A stretch of 38,570 nt of DNA, taken from an uncultured Chitinophagaceae bacterium (GTDB lineage: Bacteria; Bacteroidota; Bacteroidia; Chitinophagales; Chitinophagaceae). The translations under genes were made by a program, and so were the position numbers. The stretch lies in the NCBI GenBank assembly GCA_903832075.1, contig CAILAF010000511.1, positions 1 to 38,570 of the forward strand. Direction: 5' to 3'. This document shows, one piece after another, positions 28,813 through 38,265 of this stretch (position 1 is the first letter of the stretch; each line of letters opens with the position of its first letter). The notes below the pieces were generated by a model. It worked only from the letters and a program-made list of their open reading frames with translations. It was not told where the DNA came from and made no database searches.

Positions 28813-29529
28813 TTATTCGTTTGCAAGTATATCGGCTAAATGCAAAACTTTCAAGTTGCTTCCCTTATGTTTAATGCAACCATCAATATGCATTAAGCAA
28901 CTCATGTCGGTACTAACAATATATTCTGCTTCTGTTGCTAAAGCATTATTTATTTTTTGATCGGCCATTGCAACACTTATGTTTTCAAACTTAACAGCAA
29001 AGCTGCCACCAAAGCCGCAACAGGTTTCTACATCATTCATTTCAATCAATTCCAATCCTTTTACTTTACTCAATAATTGTCTCGGTTCATTTTTTATTTT
29101 GCATTCACGCAATCCTGCACAACTATCATGATAAGTTACTTTGGCATTAAATGTTGCACCAAGATCATCCACTTTCAACACATTAACTAAGAATTCACTC
29201 AATTCAAAAACTTTGTTAGTAACAGTTTGTACTTCTTTGTAGTTGGATGAATTCTCAAATAGTTTATCATAATAATTTCTTACAAAGCCTACACAGCTTG
29301 CGCTGGGTGCAACAATATATTCTGCACCTTTAAAATCTTTAATAAACTTATTACAAACTTCTTTGGCTTCTCCCCAAAAGCCGGCATTGTATGCCGGTTG
29401 ACCGCAACAGGTTTGATTAGCATTGTATTGAACAGTGCATCCTGCTTTCTCCAATACTTTCACCATATTGAATGCAACAGTAGGGTATAACTGATCAATA
29501 AAACAGGGAACAAATATTTGAACATTCAT
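28813..29529 (-). CDS. LutA/YkgE-like Fe-S (CCG-domain) protein
   Basis: QTCCGQP, TYHDSC, TCCGFGGSFAVK and SCLMHI motifs; start set at ATG 29529. Confidence 0.88.
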   Translation of the reverse strand: MNVQIFVPCFIDQLYPTVAFNMVKVLEKAGCTVQYNANQTCCGQPAYNAGFWGEAKEVCNKFIKDFKGAEYIVAPSASCVGFVRNYYDKLFENSSNYKEVQTVTNKVFELSEFLVNVLKVDDLGATFNAKVTYHDSCAGLRECKIKNEPRQLLSKVKGLELIEMNDVETCCGFGGSFAVKFENISVAMADQKINNALATEAEYIVSTDMSCLMHIDGCIKHKGSNLKVLHLADILANE

Positions 29530-29553
29530 GTTAACGAAGATACATAGAACAAC

Positions 29554-29580
29554 AAAGGCATCCAATCTATGAATGCCTTT
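29554..29580 (-). terminator. Probable terminator after the TPR gene
   Basis: Minus strand reads aaaggcattc-atagatt-ggatgccttt followed by gttgtt. Confidence 0.55.
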
Positions 29581-29602
29581 ATGAAAAATATTTTTTGAGA
29601 AA

Positions 29603-30292
29603 TTAGTTTATGCTAAGATCATTCTTCTCAGCACTTAAGCGATAAATATATTTATCCGCTTGAAATGCTCTGTCTGTTTTAGGATATTTTGCTTTGATCT
29701 CTTTATACAGTTCAACTGCTTCTTTTGTTTTACCGATAGTTTCAGATAATAATGCAGCACGAAATAAATATTCTGATGAATTGCTCTCATCTTTATCAAA
29801 AGCTCTTCCGGCTTTTTCGTAATACTCAACTGCTTCTGTTTTTTTATTCAATTCAGAATAAGCATCAGCCAATGCACCATACGCAGCCATTTGAATTTGT
29901 GAGGCACTTGTAGAAAATTCTTTTAAATGTTCAACAGCTTTATTGAAGTCACCCAGTTTTAAATAACTGATGCCGGCATAATATTGCGCAAGGTTAGCAG
30001 ATTTTGTACCGCCATAGTTTTTAATAATGTACAATACACCTTTGTTACTTCCATCGCCATTTAAAACAAGGTTAGATGAATCCATTGCAAAATATTGTTG
30101 TGCAACATAAATTGCATCGGCAGCTTTATCTTCTTTTGGTTTTAGTATGTATTCAGTATAGCCATACCATCCGCCAGCAATAACTACTATTGCAACAACA
30201 GCTGTTAAAATAGTTTTTGAATTCTTTTTCCAAAAACTTTCTAATACCATTAATGGGTCTTTCTCTACATGTTCAACTTTGTGTTCGCTCAT
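29603..30292 (-). CDS. Membrane-anchored TPR protein (YfgM-like)
   Basis: Single N-terminal TM helix, then YGGTKSANLAQYYAG and TPR helices. Confidence 0.8.
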   Translation of the reverse strand: MSEHKVEHVEKDPLMVLESFWKKNSKTILTAVVAIVVIAGGWYGYTEYILKPKEDKAADAIYVAQQYFAMDSSNLVLNGDGSNKGVLYIIKNYGGTKSANLAQYYAGISYLKLGDFNKAVEHLKEFSTSASQIQMAAYGALADAYSELNKKTEAVEYYEKAGRAFDKDESNSSEYLFRAALLSETIGKTKEAVELYKEIKAKYPKTDRAFQADKYIYRLSAEKNDLSIN

Positions 30293-30318
30293 TATATTTG
30301 TTTTTTCAATGAAAATTT

Positions 30319-31314
30319 TTAATCAACAATAAAAGGATAATTCTTATCAACATAAACGTCCTTTAATACTTCACTGTCATCAGGCCAAGGACTTTCTTCT
30401 GCGAATTTCACACTTTCTTCAACCACATGATTAATTCTTGCATCAATTGCATCAATGTCTGCTTGTGTTGCAAACTTGCTATCTAAAATGGTTTGCAATA
30501 CTTTTTGAATGGGATCCTGATTCTTGTATTCATCCACTTCTTCTTTACTGCGATATTTTTGAGGATCTGAGATGGAATGTCCTTTATAACGATATGTTTT
30601 TATTTCTATCAAAGTAGGACCGCCACCTTCTCTTGCACGTTTCACAGCTCTTGTTATACCGTCATGAACAGCTTCAGCAGTCATGCCATCAACTTTATCG
30701 GCAGGCATTTCATAAGCATCAGCTAATTTATAAATATCAATAACGTTCGATGTTCTTTCAACAGAAGTTCCCATCGCATAATTGTTATTCTCACAAACAT
30801 AGATCACAGGCAAATTCCATAGCATTGCCAAATTGAATGATTCATGTAAGATACCTTGTCTTGCAGCACCGTCACCAAAAAAACATAACACTACATTTTG
30901 TGTGCCTTTATATTTTTCGGCGAATGCCAAGCCGGTTCCGGTACCGATTTGTGCGCCCACAATACCATGACCACCAAAGAATTTATTCTTTACATCAAAG
31001 AAATGCATACTACCACCTTTACCTTTAGCACATCCGGTAGCTTTACCATATAATTCGGCCATACATGCATTAGCAGAAGTTCCTTTTGCCAATGCCCAAC
31101 CATGATCGCGGTAAGCAGTAATGAATGGATCATCTTGTGCAGTGGCTGTCATACATCCGGCAGCAATAGCTTCTTGTCCAACATAAGCATGAAAGAAGCC
31201 GCGTATCTTACCGGCCATTTTATACATTTCCTCAGCTTTTAATTCAAACTGGCGAATAAGTTGCATTAACTCATACCAGTATAAATAAGTTTCTTTTGAG
31301 AATTTAGTAGGCAC
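30319..31314 (-). CDS. pdhA: Pyruvate dehydrogenase E1 alpha subunit
   Basis: GFFHAYVGQEA, GKGGSMH, GDGAARQG...NN and YRYKGHSISDP motifs. GTG 31314 preferred because the track's TTG lies inside the TATATTTG promoter element. Confidence 0.95.
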   Translation of the reverse strand: MPTKFSKETYLYWYELMQLIRQFELKAEEMYKMAGKIRGFFHAYVGQEAIAAGCMTATAQDDPFITAYRDHGWALAKGTSANACMAELYGKATGCAKGKGGSMHFFDVKNKFFGGHGIVGAQIGTGTGLAFAEKYKGTQNVVLCFFGDGAARQGILHESFNLAMLWNLPVIYVCENNNYAMGTSVERTSNVIDIYKLADAYEMPADKVDGMTAEAVHDGITRAVKRAREGGGPTLIEIKTYRYKGHSISDPQKYRSKEEVDEYKNQDPIQKVLQTILDSKFATQADIDAIDARINHVVEESVKFAEESPWPDDSEVLKDVYVDKNYPFIVD

Positions 31315-31335
31315 TTTTATCAAAATTTTGAGGGG

Positions 31336-31343
31336 CAAATATA
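31336..31343 (-). promoter_or_regulatory. Bacteroidota sigma-A -7 element for pdhA
   Basis: TATATTTG on the minus strand, 21 nt upstream of GTG 31314. Confidence 0.6.
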
Positions 31344-31573
31344 GGAGTTAAAGTGCAATTCTTATGTTCTTTTTCTTGGATGAAATACGTCTAAAATCAA
31401 TTCTTTTTTTTCTGGAAATGAGTCCTGACCTAATGGCATAATTATTTTTCTGCAAATATTATTATCCATTTTATACAACATTGGTCTTATTGTTGCAGTA
31501 TAAATAATTAATAGCACACCACAACCTCCTTCTTGCTTCTTTATCAACAATTCTTGTCATCAAATTTTGAGAG

Positions 31574-32926
31574 ATGAAAAAAAATGTATTTTTTCTTTTT
31601 TTATTCTTTGCAGTTACACTTAGTTCTAAAGTATATTCTCAAGTTTCAACTGATTCAGTTAAAAAATGGAGTTTACAAGATTGTTTTCAATATGCATCTG
31701 AACATAATATTCAATTGAATGTTCTGCGTTTGAATGAACAATCTTCTCAGCAGGATTTAATATTGGCAAAAGCATTGAAGACACCATCTCTTTCAGGCTC
31801 GGTAGCTAATACTTTTAATAATGCTAATAATATGAACTCCAATACTGGGGGACTCGTAAATCAATTATCAAGTAACTTATCTTATTCAGTTAATTCCTCT
31901 ATTGTTTTATGGAATGATCATTATATCAATAACAGTATTCGAGAAAATGAGTTGCTTATTCATTCTGCAAAACTCTCTGTTGATGAAGCACAAAACAATA
32001 TCACTTTATCACTAACGCAGGCTTTCCTGAATATTTTGCTGGATAAAGAAAACTTGCAATACTACAAAGACCTTTTTGCAACATCTGATGCAAGAGTAAA
32101 ACAAGGACAACAATTCTTAGATGCTGGAAGTATTGCAAAAAAAGATTTGTTACAATTACAGGCTCAATTGGCAAGTGATAAGTATTTAATGATACAAACA
32201 CAAAATATCATTAGTCAGGATATTCTTTCTTTAAAACAAATATTACAATTAGGTACTGATTCTTCTTTTGATGTGCAATTGCCATCAACTCTTTCTGTCA
32301 ACAGATCATTGTCACCTTTAAATGATGCAGAACAATTTGCATTGAAAAATTTTCCTGAAATAAAAATAGGTGAACTGAATGTAAACATTTCATCTTTAGA
32401 AATAGCAAAAGCAAAAGCTGGTTTTAAACCAGTGCTTAAGGCCAATGCAGCATTAGGGTCTGGATATAATGATGTACTTACCAATGCATACAATACAAAA
32501 ACCGGATACTTTACACAAACAGGAAATAATTTTTATCAGCTTGCAGGAGTAACATTATCTATTCCAATCTTTTCTAATCGTATCAATCAGGTAAATCTCT
32601 CTAAAGCTAATATTGCTTTTAGGGAAGCAACGTTGAATCACCAAAATACTCAGTTGATTTTATCTGAACAGGTAGAACGTGCTTATCTGAATTCAGTAAA
32701 TGCATTGCAATCTTATGATGCTGCCAATGAACAGTTACAGGCCGCTACTGAAAGTTACCGTATTGTAAATGAACAATTAAAAATTGGGGCTATAAGTTCA
32801 GTTGATATGCTGGTTGTACGAAATCAATATGTGCAGGCAGTGCAGGCATTTACACAAGCAAAATATACTGCTATCCTTCAACAAAAAATTTATGAATTCT
32901 ATATAGGTAATACAATAAAACTATAA
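31574..32926 (+). CDS. TolC family outer-membrane efflux protein
   Basis: Signal peptide, WSLQDCFQYASEHN, two OEP repeats and GVTLSIPIF; first gene of an efflux operon. Confidence 0.92.
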   Translation: MKKNVFFLFLFFAVTLSSKVYSQVSTDSVKKWSLQDCFQYASEHNIQLNVLRLNEQSSQQDLILAKALKTPSLSGSVANTFNNANNMNSNTGGLVNQLSSNLSYSVNSSIVLWNDHYINNSIRENELLIHSAKLSVDEAQNNITLSLTQAFLNILLDKENLQYYKDLFATSDARVKQGQQFLDAGSIAKKDLLQLQAQLASDKYLMIQTQNIISQDILSLKQILQLGTDSSFDVQLPSTLSVNRSLSPLNDAEQFALKNFPEIKIGELNVNISSLEIAKAKAGFKPVLKANAALGSGYNDVLTNAYNTKTGYFTQTGNNFYQLAGVTLSIPIFSNRINQVNLSKANIAFREATLNHQNTQLILSEQVERAYLNSVNALQSYDAANEQLQAATESYRIVNEQLKIGAISSVDMLVVRNQYVQAVQAFTQAKYTAILQQKIYEFYIGNTIKL

Positions 32927-32927
32927 A

Positions 32928-34172
32928 ATGACCGGAATGAAAAAGATCATCATTATATCATCTGTTTTAATTATTGCAGCAGCGGCAGTTGGTGCATATT
33001 ACTACTATGTTAGTAAGCAAGAACAAAAAATAACTATCGTTACTGTTATGCCAGAATATGGTTATATCGCTAAAAGTATCACTGCTACCGGTGCAGTTGA
33101 ACCGGTAGATACCGTTACTGTAGGCGCACAAATATCAGGCTTGGTGAGTAAAGTGTTGGTTGATTTTAACAGTATCGTAAAACAAGGGCAACTATTGGCA
33201 CAAATAGATCCTACCATTATGGAAGCAGGAACAGAACAAGCAAAGGCGAATCTGGGGAATGCAAAAAGCAATCTCGAATTTCAGAAGAACAATTATGATA
33301 GGCAGAGCCAGTTATTCCAATTAGGGGCCATCAGCAAAGTAGATTATCAAACAGCGTTAAATCAATATGAAAGTGCAAAAGCAAGTGTAGCAAATACGCA
33401 GGCGCAAGTAAAACTTGCCAATAAAAATCTTTTTTACACTAATATATATTCACCAATTAATGGTGTGATACTGAACAGAAATATCAGCACGGGTCAAACC
33501 ATTGCTTCATCATTCAATGCGCCGGTTTTATTTGTAATAGCAAAAGACCTTACGAAAATGCAAGTGCATGCTAATGTTGATGAAGCTGATGTTGGCGGAG
33601 TGCGGGATAATCAACATGTTAGTTTTACTGTGGATGCTTTCCCCGACGATATATTTACAGGAATAGTTAACGCAATTCAACTGCACCCATCTGTGTCTGC
33701 TAATGTAGTTACTTATCCTACCATTATTGCAGTTGATAACAAATCAATGAAATTAAAACCGGGAATGACAGCAAGCGTAAATATTTATACGCAGGAAGAC
33801 AGCAATGCATTGCTGATACCATCGAAGGCGGTAAACTTTAAACCCGATTCGGCAGCGTTGAAAGGGTATAAGATTATTAGAGCAGTAAGAAATAGTATCA
33901 AGAAAAATGCTACTGCGCCTAATACTAATAAAGAAAAGCAAAGAGCATATGTATGGATAAAAACAGGAGATACACTTACCGAAAGAATGATCATCATTGG
34001 TTTGAATGATGATACACATGTAGAAATACTGAAAGGCTTATCCGAGAATGAAGAAGTAATTACAGGAACTGCGACTGCTGAAAACAAAACCGCAACTCCT
34101 GCTGCTGCGCAACGAAGTCCATTCATGCCGCAAATGCAAAGAAAGAAAACTGATTCTGCTGCTAAAAAATAA
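32928..34172 (+). CDS. MacA-like periplasmic adaptor (membrane fusion protein)
   Basis: N-terminal TM helix, TVGAQISG, IYSPINGVI, VDEADVG and LKPGMTA motifs. Confidence 0.92.
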   Translation: MTGMKKIIIISSVLIIAAAAVGAYYYYVSKQEQKITIVTVMPEYGYIAKSITATGAVEPVDTVTVGAQISGLVSKVLVDFNSIVKQGQLLAQIDPTIMEAGTEQAKANLGNAKSNLEFQKNNYDRQSQLFQLGAISKVDYQTALNQYESAKASVANTQAQVKLANKNLFYTNIYSPINGVILNRNISTGQTIASSFNAPVLFVIAKDLTKMQVHANVDEADVGGVRDNQHVSFTVDAFPDDIFTGIVNAIQLHPSVSANVVTYPTIIAVDNKSMKLKPGMTASVNIYTQEDSNALLIPSKAVNFKPDSAALKGYKIIRAVRNSIKKNATAPNTNKEKQRAYVWIKTGDTLTERMIIIGLNDDTHVEILKGLSENEEVITGTATAENKTATPAAAQRSPFMPQMQRKKTDSAAKK

Positions 34173-34188
34173 AACGAATCTATTTGTA

Positions 34189-34938
34189 ATGAATAAAATT
34201 ATTGTTGATATAAAAGAGCTCAGACGTGAATTTAATGTTGGAGGTGAAACCGTGAAAGCGCTTGACGGCATTAATTTTTCTATTGCTGCCGGAGAGTTTG
34301 TTACAATTATGGGCAGCAGCGGCTCAGGCAAAACAACTTTGCTGAATATTTTAGGTTGTTTAGATAAACCAACTTCAGGAGCATATTTATTGGATGGAAA
34401 TGATGTTGGTAAACTTTCAAAAAATGAACTCGCTATTTTGCGCAATAGAAAAATAGGATTTGTTTTTCAATCATATAATTTATTGGCAAGAACAACTGCC
34501 ATTGAAAATGTTGAATTACCATTAATGTATAACAATAGTGTTTCTTCAAAAGAACGTCATGAAAAAGCTATTAAAGCATTAGAGGAAGTTAAGTTGAGTG
34601 ATAGAATGCATCATCTTCCCAGTGAGTTATCCGGTGGTCAGCAGCAAAGAGTTGCAATTGCAAGAGCATTGATCAATGATCCTGTAATGATATTAGCTGA
34701 TGAAGCTACCGGTAATCTCGATTCAAAAACATCTTATGAGATCATGTCATTGTTTCAAGATTTAAATTCACTGCAGGGAAAAACAATTGTATTTGTTACA
34801 CATGAACCTGACATTGCTTTATTCAGTAGTCGTACCATTACATTGAAGGACGGAAAAATAATAAAAGATATGGTCAACAAAGATTTACGTAATGCAAAAG
34901 AAGTATTAAAAAGTCTTGAGGGCATTGCAGCAGAATAA
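34189..34938 (+). CDS. MacB/LolD-type ABC ATP-binding subunit
   Basis: GSSGSGKTT, LSGGQQQRVAIARAL, ADEATGNLD and VTHE motifs. Confidence 0.95.
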   Translation: MNKIIVDIKELRREFNVGGETVKALDGINFSIAAGEFVTIMGSSGSGKTTLLNILGCLDKPTSGAYLLDGNDVGKLSKNELAILRNRKIGFVFQSYNLLARTTAIENVELPLMYNNSVSSKERHEKAIKALEEVKLSDRMHHLPSELSGGQQQRVAIARALINDPVMILADEATGNLDSKTSYEIMSLFQDLNSLQGKTIVFVTHEPDIALFSSRTITLKDGKIIKDMVNKDLRNAKEVLKSLEGIAAE

Positions 34939-34953
34939 TCAAAATACAGAATC

Positions 34954-36174
34954 ATGAAATTGATAAACCTTTTACGTATTGCCTGGAATGCGATTCGTCG
35001 AAATAAGATGAGATCTTTTTTAACGATGCTTGGTATCATCATAGGAGTGGGTGCGGTAATTGCCATGGTGGCTATTGGTCAGGGATCAAGACAAAGCATA
35101 CAAGATCAAATCTCGGGAATGGGAAGTAATATGATTGTCATCAGACCGGTAAGTAATGCTACGGGCGGAGCTCGTTTGGATAACACCGTTGTACAAACAT
35201 TAGTGGAACCGGATGTTATTGCTTTGCAAAAAGAAGGAAAATATATTAATGGCGTTTCACCTTCTGTGTCTTCAAGAGGACAAGCAATCTATGGAGCGAA
35301 TAACTGGAGTACTACTATGCAAGGTGTTTCTGAAGATTATTTATCTATCAGAAGTTGGTCTGTTGATGAAGGTTCTAACTTCACCGGTCAGGATATAAAA
35401 ACCGTTGCTAAAATTTGTTTAGTAGGGCAAACAATTATCAATAACTTATTTCCGGGCGGCGATGATGTTGTTGGTAAATCTATTCGCTTTAATAATATAC
35501 CATTTAAAATAACAGGTGTTTTAAGTAAAAAAGGAGTGAACACTTTTGGACAGGATCAGGATGATGTTATCCTTACACCTTATTCTACTGTTCAAAAAAG
35601 AATATTGGCAACCATTTATTATCAAACAATATTTGTTGCAGGTATTGATGAAAATTCAACCGATCAGGCTGCTGCGGAAATCGAGCAGATCATGCGTGCA
35701 AGTCATAAAATTCAGAAAGGAACAGAAGATGATTTTTCTATCCGTACGCAACAGGAATTGATCAGCACTTTCAGTTCAACCAGTAAAATCTTAACAGTAT
35801 TATTGGCGGTGATTGCAGGCATCTCATTAATTGTTGGTGGTATCGGCATCATGAACATTATGTATGTATCAGTAACAGAACGTACCAAAGAAATAGGATT
35901 ACGAATGTCTATCGGCGCAAGGGGAATTGATATTTTAATGCAGTTCTTGATTGAAGCTGTTATTATCAGTATCACCGGCGGTATTATTGGTGTTGTACTG
36001 GGTTTTGTTGCAACTAAATTAGTTAGCTTATTCTTACATTGGCCAACATTAGTTACGCAATCATCAGTCATTCTTTCTTTCTTTGTTTGTTTTATTACAG
36101 GTGTTTTCTTTGGATATTATCCTGCATTAAAAGCATCAAGACTAAATCCAATTGATGCATTGCATTATGAATGA
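34954..36174 (+). CDS. MacB-type (FtsX-like) ABC permease
   Basis: RSFLTMLGIIIGV, GGIGIMNIMYVSVTERTKEIGLR and PALKASRLNPIDAL motifs. Confidence 0.95.
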   Translation: MKLINLLRIAWNAIRRNKMRSFLTMLGIIIGVGAVIAMVAIGQGSRQSIQDQISGMGSNMIVIRPVSNATGGARLDNTVVQTLVEPDVIALQKEGKYINGVSPSVSSRGQAIYGANNWSTTMQGVSEDYLSIRSWSVDEGSNFTGQDIKTVAKICLVGQTIINNLFPGGDDVVGKSIRFNNIPFKITGVLSKKGVNTFGQDQDDVILTPYSTVQKRILATIYYQTIFVAGIDENSTDQAAAEIEQIMRASHKIQKGTEDDFSIRTQQELISTFSSTSKILTVLLAVIAGISLIVGGIGIMNIMYVSVTERTKEIGLRMSIGARGIDILMQFLIEAVIISITGGIIGVVLGFVATKLVSLFLHWPTLVTQSSVILSFFVCFITGVFFGYYPALKASRLNPIDALHYE

Positions 36175-36220
36175 TGATATTTTTTTTGTTAATTCGTTCA
36201 AGTCAAATAAAATATAAACA

Positions 36221-37219
36221 ATGACCACCAAACAAATTGTACTTGCTGCCCGACCAAAAGGCACACCCACTTTAGATAATTTTAAATTTCAACAAATTGA
36301 ATTATCCGAATTAAAACTTGGCGAAGTATTATTGCAAGGTTTGTATTATTCCGTTGATCCTTATATGCGTGGCAGAATGAATGAAGGCAAATCATATATT
36401 CCTCCTTTTCAAATCGATCAGGTTATTCAAGGTGGCGTGATTGCTGAAGTAAAAGAATCTAAGTCCGATATTTTTATTAAAGGAGATATTGTTACCGGCA
36501 TGTTGCCCTGGAGCGAACAATTTATTGCCGAAGAAAAGACCATTAAAAAAATTGATACAACTATTGCACCGCCCGGTTATTATTTAAGTGTTTTAGGAAT
36601 GCCGGGTTTAACTGCTTATTTCGGTTTAATGCATATCTGTAAACCTAAAGCCGGTGAAACCGTTGTGGTATCGGGTGCCGCTGGTGCAGTAGGCGTAGTG
36701 GTTGGACAAATTGCAAAACTGAATGGTTGTCGTGTGGTTGGTATTGCAGGCTCGGATGAAAAAATAAAGTTATTGAAAGATGAATTTGGTTTTGATGAAG
36801 CTATCAATTATAAAACTACCGATAACATAAAAAAAGCCATTGCTGCTGCATGCCCTAATGGTGTTGATATTTATTTTGATAATGTAGGCGGCGACATTTC
36901 TGATGCAGTGATCGCGAATATTAATTTTCATGCACGCATTGCTTTATGCGGACAAATATCTTTATACAACAGTTCCGAAATACCTGTTGGTCCTCGCTTA
37001 CAGCCTATGCTGTTAACAAGAAGTGTATTGATGCAAGGTTTTATTATAAGCAATTATCATCTTTTATTTTCAGAAGGTATTCAACATTTAGCGCAATGGA
37101 TAAAAGAAGGAAAAATAAAATTCACAGAAACCATTGTGCATGGTTTTGATCAATTACCTGTTGCATTACTTGGATTGTTTAAAGGAGAGAATACAGGTAA
37201 GATGATTGTGAAGGCATAG
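36221..37219 (+). CDS. NADP-dependent oxidoreductase (MDR family, PTGR/CurA-like)
   Basis: SVDPYMRGRM, LGMPGLTAYFG, VSGAAGAVG, YFDNVGG and GENTGKM motifs. Confidence 0.93.
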   Translation: MTTKQIVLAARPKGTPTLDNFKFQQIELSELKLGEVLLQGLYYSVDPYMRGRMNEGKSYIPPFQIDQVIQGGVIAEVKESKSDIFIKGDIVTGMLPWSEQFIAEEKTIKKIDTTIAPPGYYLSVLGMPGLTAYFGLMHICKPKAGETVVVSGAAGAVGVVVGQIAKLNGCRVVGIAGSDEKIKLLKDEFGFDEAINYKTTDNIKKAIAAACPNGVDIYFDNVGGDISDAVIANINFHARIALCGQISLYNSSEIPVGPRLQPMLLTRSVLMQGFIISNYHLLFSEGIQHLAQWIKEGKIKFTETIVHGFDQLPVALLGLFKGENTGKMIVKA

Positions 37220-37274
37220 TTATCTTGTTTTCTTTTTGATGATACAAGGAAATAAAAATCAATTCTTTTTTTAT

Positions 37275-37494
37275 TCAACCTTTTGTCTTGATACAAAAGG
37301 TTGAGCCAAAAAATCAAGACTGCATAAAAAAGCCTAAAAATAATTTCACTCCACTACAGCGAAGAAGCTTACTATCAGCTATTGTAATTTTATTGAACAA
37401 AGACTTATGAAGAGCTTTATATCATTATTGAACATCTTCGCTGTTTACGTTTCGTTCAATTATTTATTATACGGCTTTTTTATGAGGTCGGCAT
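37275..37494. other. Highly structured non-coding element (hairpin/pseudoknot plus long interrupted stem)
   Basis: 12-bp stem 37275-37286/37293-37304, whose loop region GTCTTGAT is complementary to ATCAAGAC (37313-37320). Nested pairings: 37323-37334/37473-37484, 37338-37345/37458-37465 and 37356-37365/37435-37444. Confidence 0.75.
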
Positions 37495-37504
37495 TTTCAT
37501 TCTG

Positions 37505-37801
37505 TCAATTATGTTGTTTGTCATGGCAAGATTTGCATACTGAAACGAGCCATTCAATTGGTTCTTTTCCGATATTGTATTTTGCGTATCTCTTATGATG
37601 AACCTGTGTCGCCCGACCACCGCAATATACGCAACGCCAATTGTCTCTCTTCATAACAACATAACGTTTCCTCTTCCAAGCTTCCGATTTTAAATAGTCA
37701 TTGCGATAATAGTCACGTCTCTGTTTGCGTCTGTACTCAAAAACAAACTGTTTTAATATAAAAATTGCTATTGCGAAAATTATTAAAAGCAATCCTTGCA
37801 T
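37505..37801 (-). CDS. Small HNH endonuclease with N-terminal TM helix
   Basis: Hydrophobic first ~20 aa, then YLKSEAWKRKR, RDNWRCVYC, QVHH and VCKSCHDKQH. Confidence 0.85.
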   Translation of the reverse strand: MQGLLLIIFAIAIFILKQFVFEYRRKQRRDYYRNDYLKSEAWKRKRYVVMKRDNWRCVYCGGRATQVHHKRYAKYNIGKEPIEWLVSVCKSCHDKQHN

Positions 37802-37823
37802 ATTTCTGTTTTGATTTATGCTA

Positions 37824-38198
37824 TTAGTTCTGTCGCAGACTCTTTAATTTGCCTGCTTCAAAATTTATTTCTAAGTCAGGCATATAATTATTCTTGATCT
37901 TATACCCCCAATCTTCAAGTGCATTTCCATAAGAGCGTAATTCGACATTATCAGGTTTACCTACAAGTATCCGTACAGAGTCTTTTGTCATACCTGTGTG
38001 CAAAGTCACATTTCCTTTCTTACCTTTTACTTCTATATATTGAACTGCTGCCTCTTGTTTAGTAAGGTTGTTTGATAGCGTTTGTATTAGTTCCTTAGCT
38101 AATTGTTCTCTAAAGGAACTTTCGCTTCTAAACCCAAATGCATACAAAAGCAAAGCTCCTACAAGCATACCACTAATAAATATTAAAACTTGTTTCAT
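37824..38198 (-). CDS. Hypothetical membrane-anchored or exported protein with BamE/SmpA-like C-terminal motif
   Basis: N-terminal hydrophobic helix; LHTGMTKDSVRILVGKPD...WGY...FEAGKL resembles the GMT-x-x-x-V-x-x-x-x-G-x-P signature. Confidence 0.6.
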   Translation of the reverse strand: MKQVLIFISGMLVGALLLYAFGFRSESSFREQLAKELIQTLSNNLTKQEAAVQYIEVKGKKGNVTLHTGMTKDSVRILVGKPDNVELRSYGNALEDWGYKIKNNYMPDLEINFEAGKLKSLRQN

Positions 38199-38265
38199 TT
38201 TTCATTCATTATTTGAGTTAAATAAAGTCTTTTTGTTGTCTTGAGTAGTGTTTGTCTATGCTGAC

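Noticed and set aside
8176..31314. Dispersed pdhA, E2 and an orphan LutA-like gene as an unusual pathway
   Set aside because: Scattered dehydrogenase subunits are ordinary in Bacteroidota; partners are probably elsewhere in the genome.
31362..31550. 62-aa minus-strand ORF between pdhA and the TolC gene
   Set aside because: Non-ATG start, no motifs, and occupies a divergent promoter region.
31574..36174. Efflux operon as a bacteriocin/RiPP exporter
   Set aside because: No precursor peptide or modification enzymes nearby; it looks like an ordinary MacAB-TolC-type system.
1756..37149. Numerous 60-135-aa alternative-frame or antisense ORFs in the track (e.g. 2677-2976, 8826-9062, 14193-14498, 16893-17177, 33785-34126, 34038-34445, 35712-36071)
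   Set aside because: All lie inside well-supported genes and have no recognisable motifs; they are shadow ORFs.
37407..37598. 63-aa plus-strand ORF
   Set aside because: Overlaps the structured element and is antisense to the HNH gene; no protein features.
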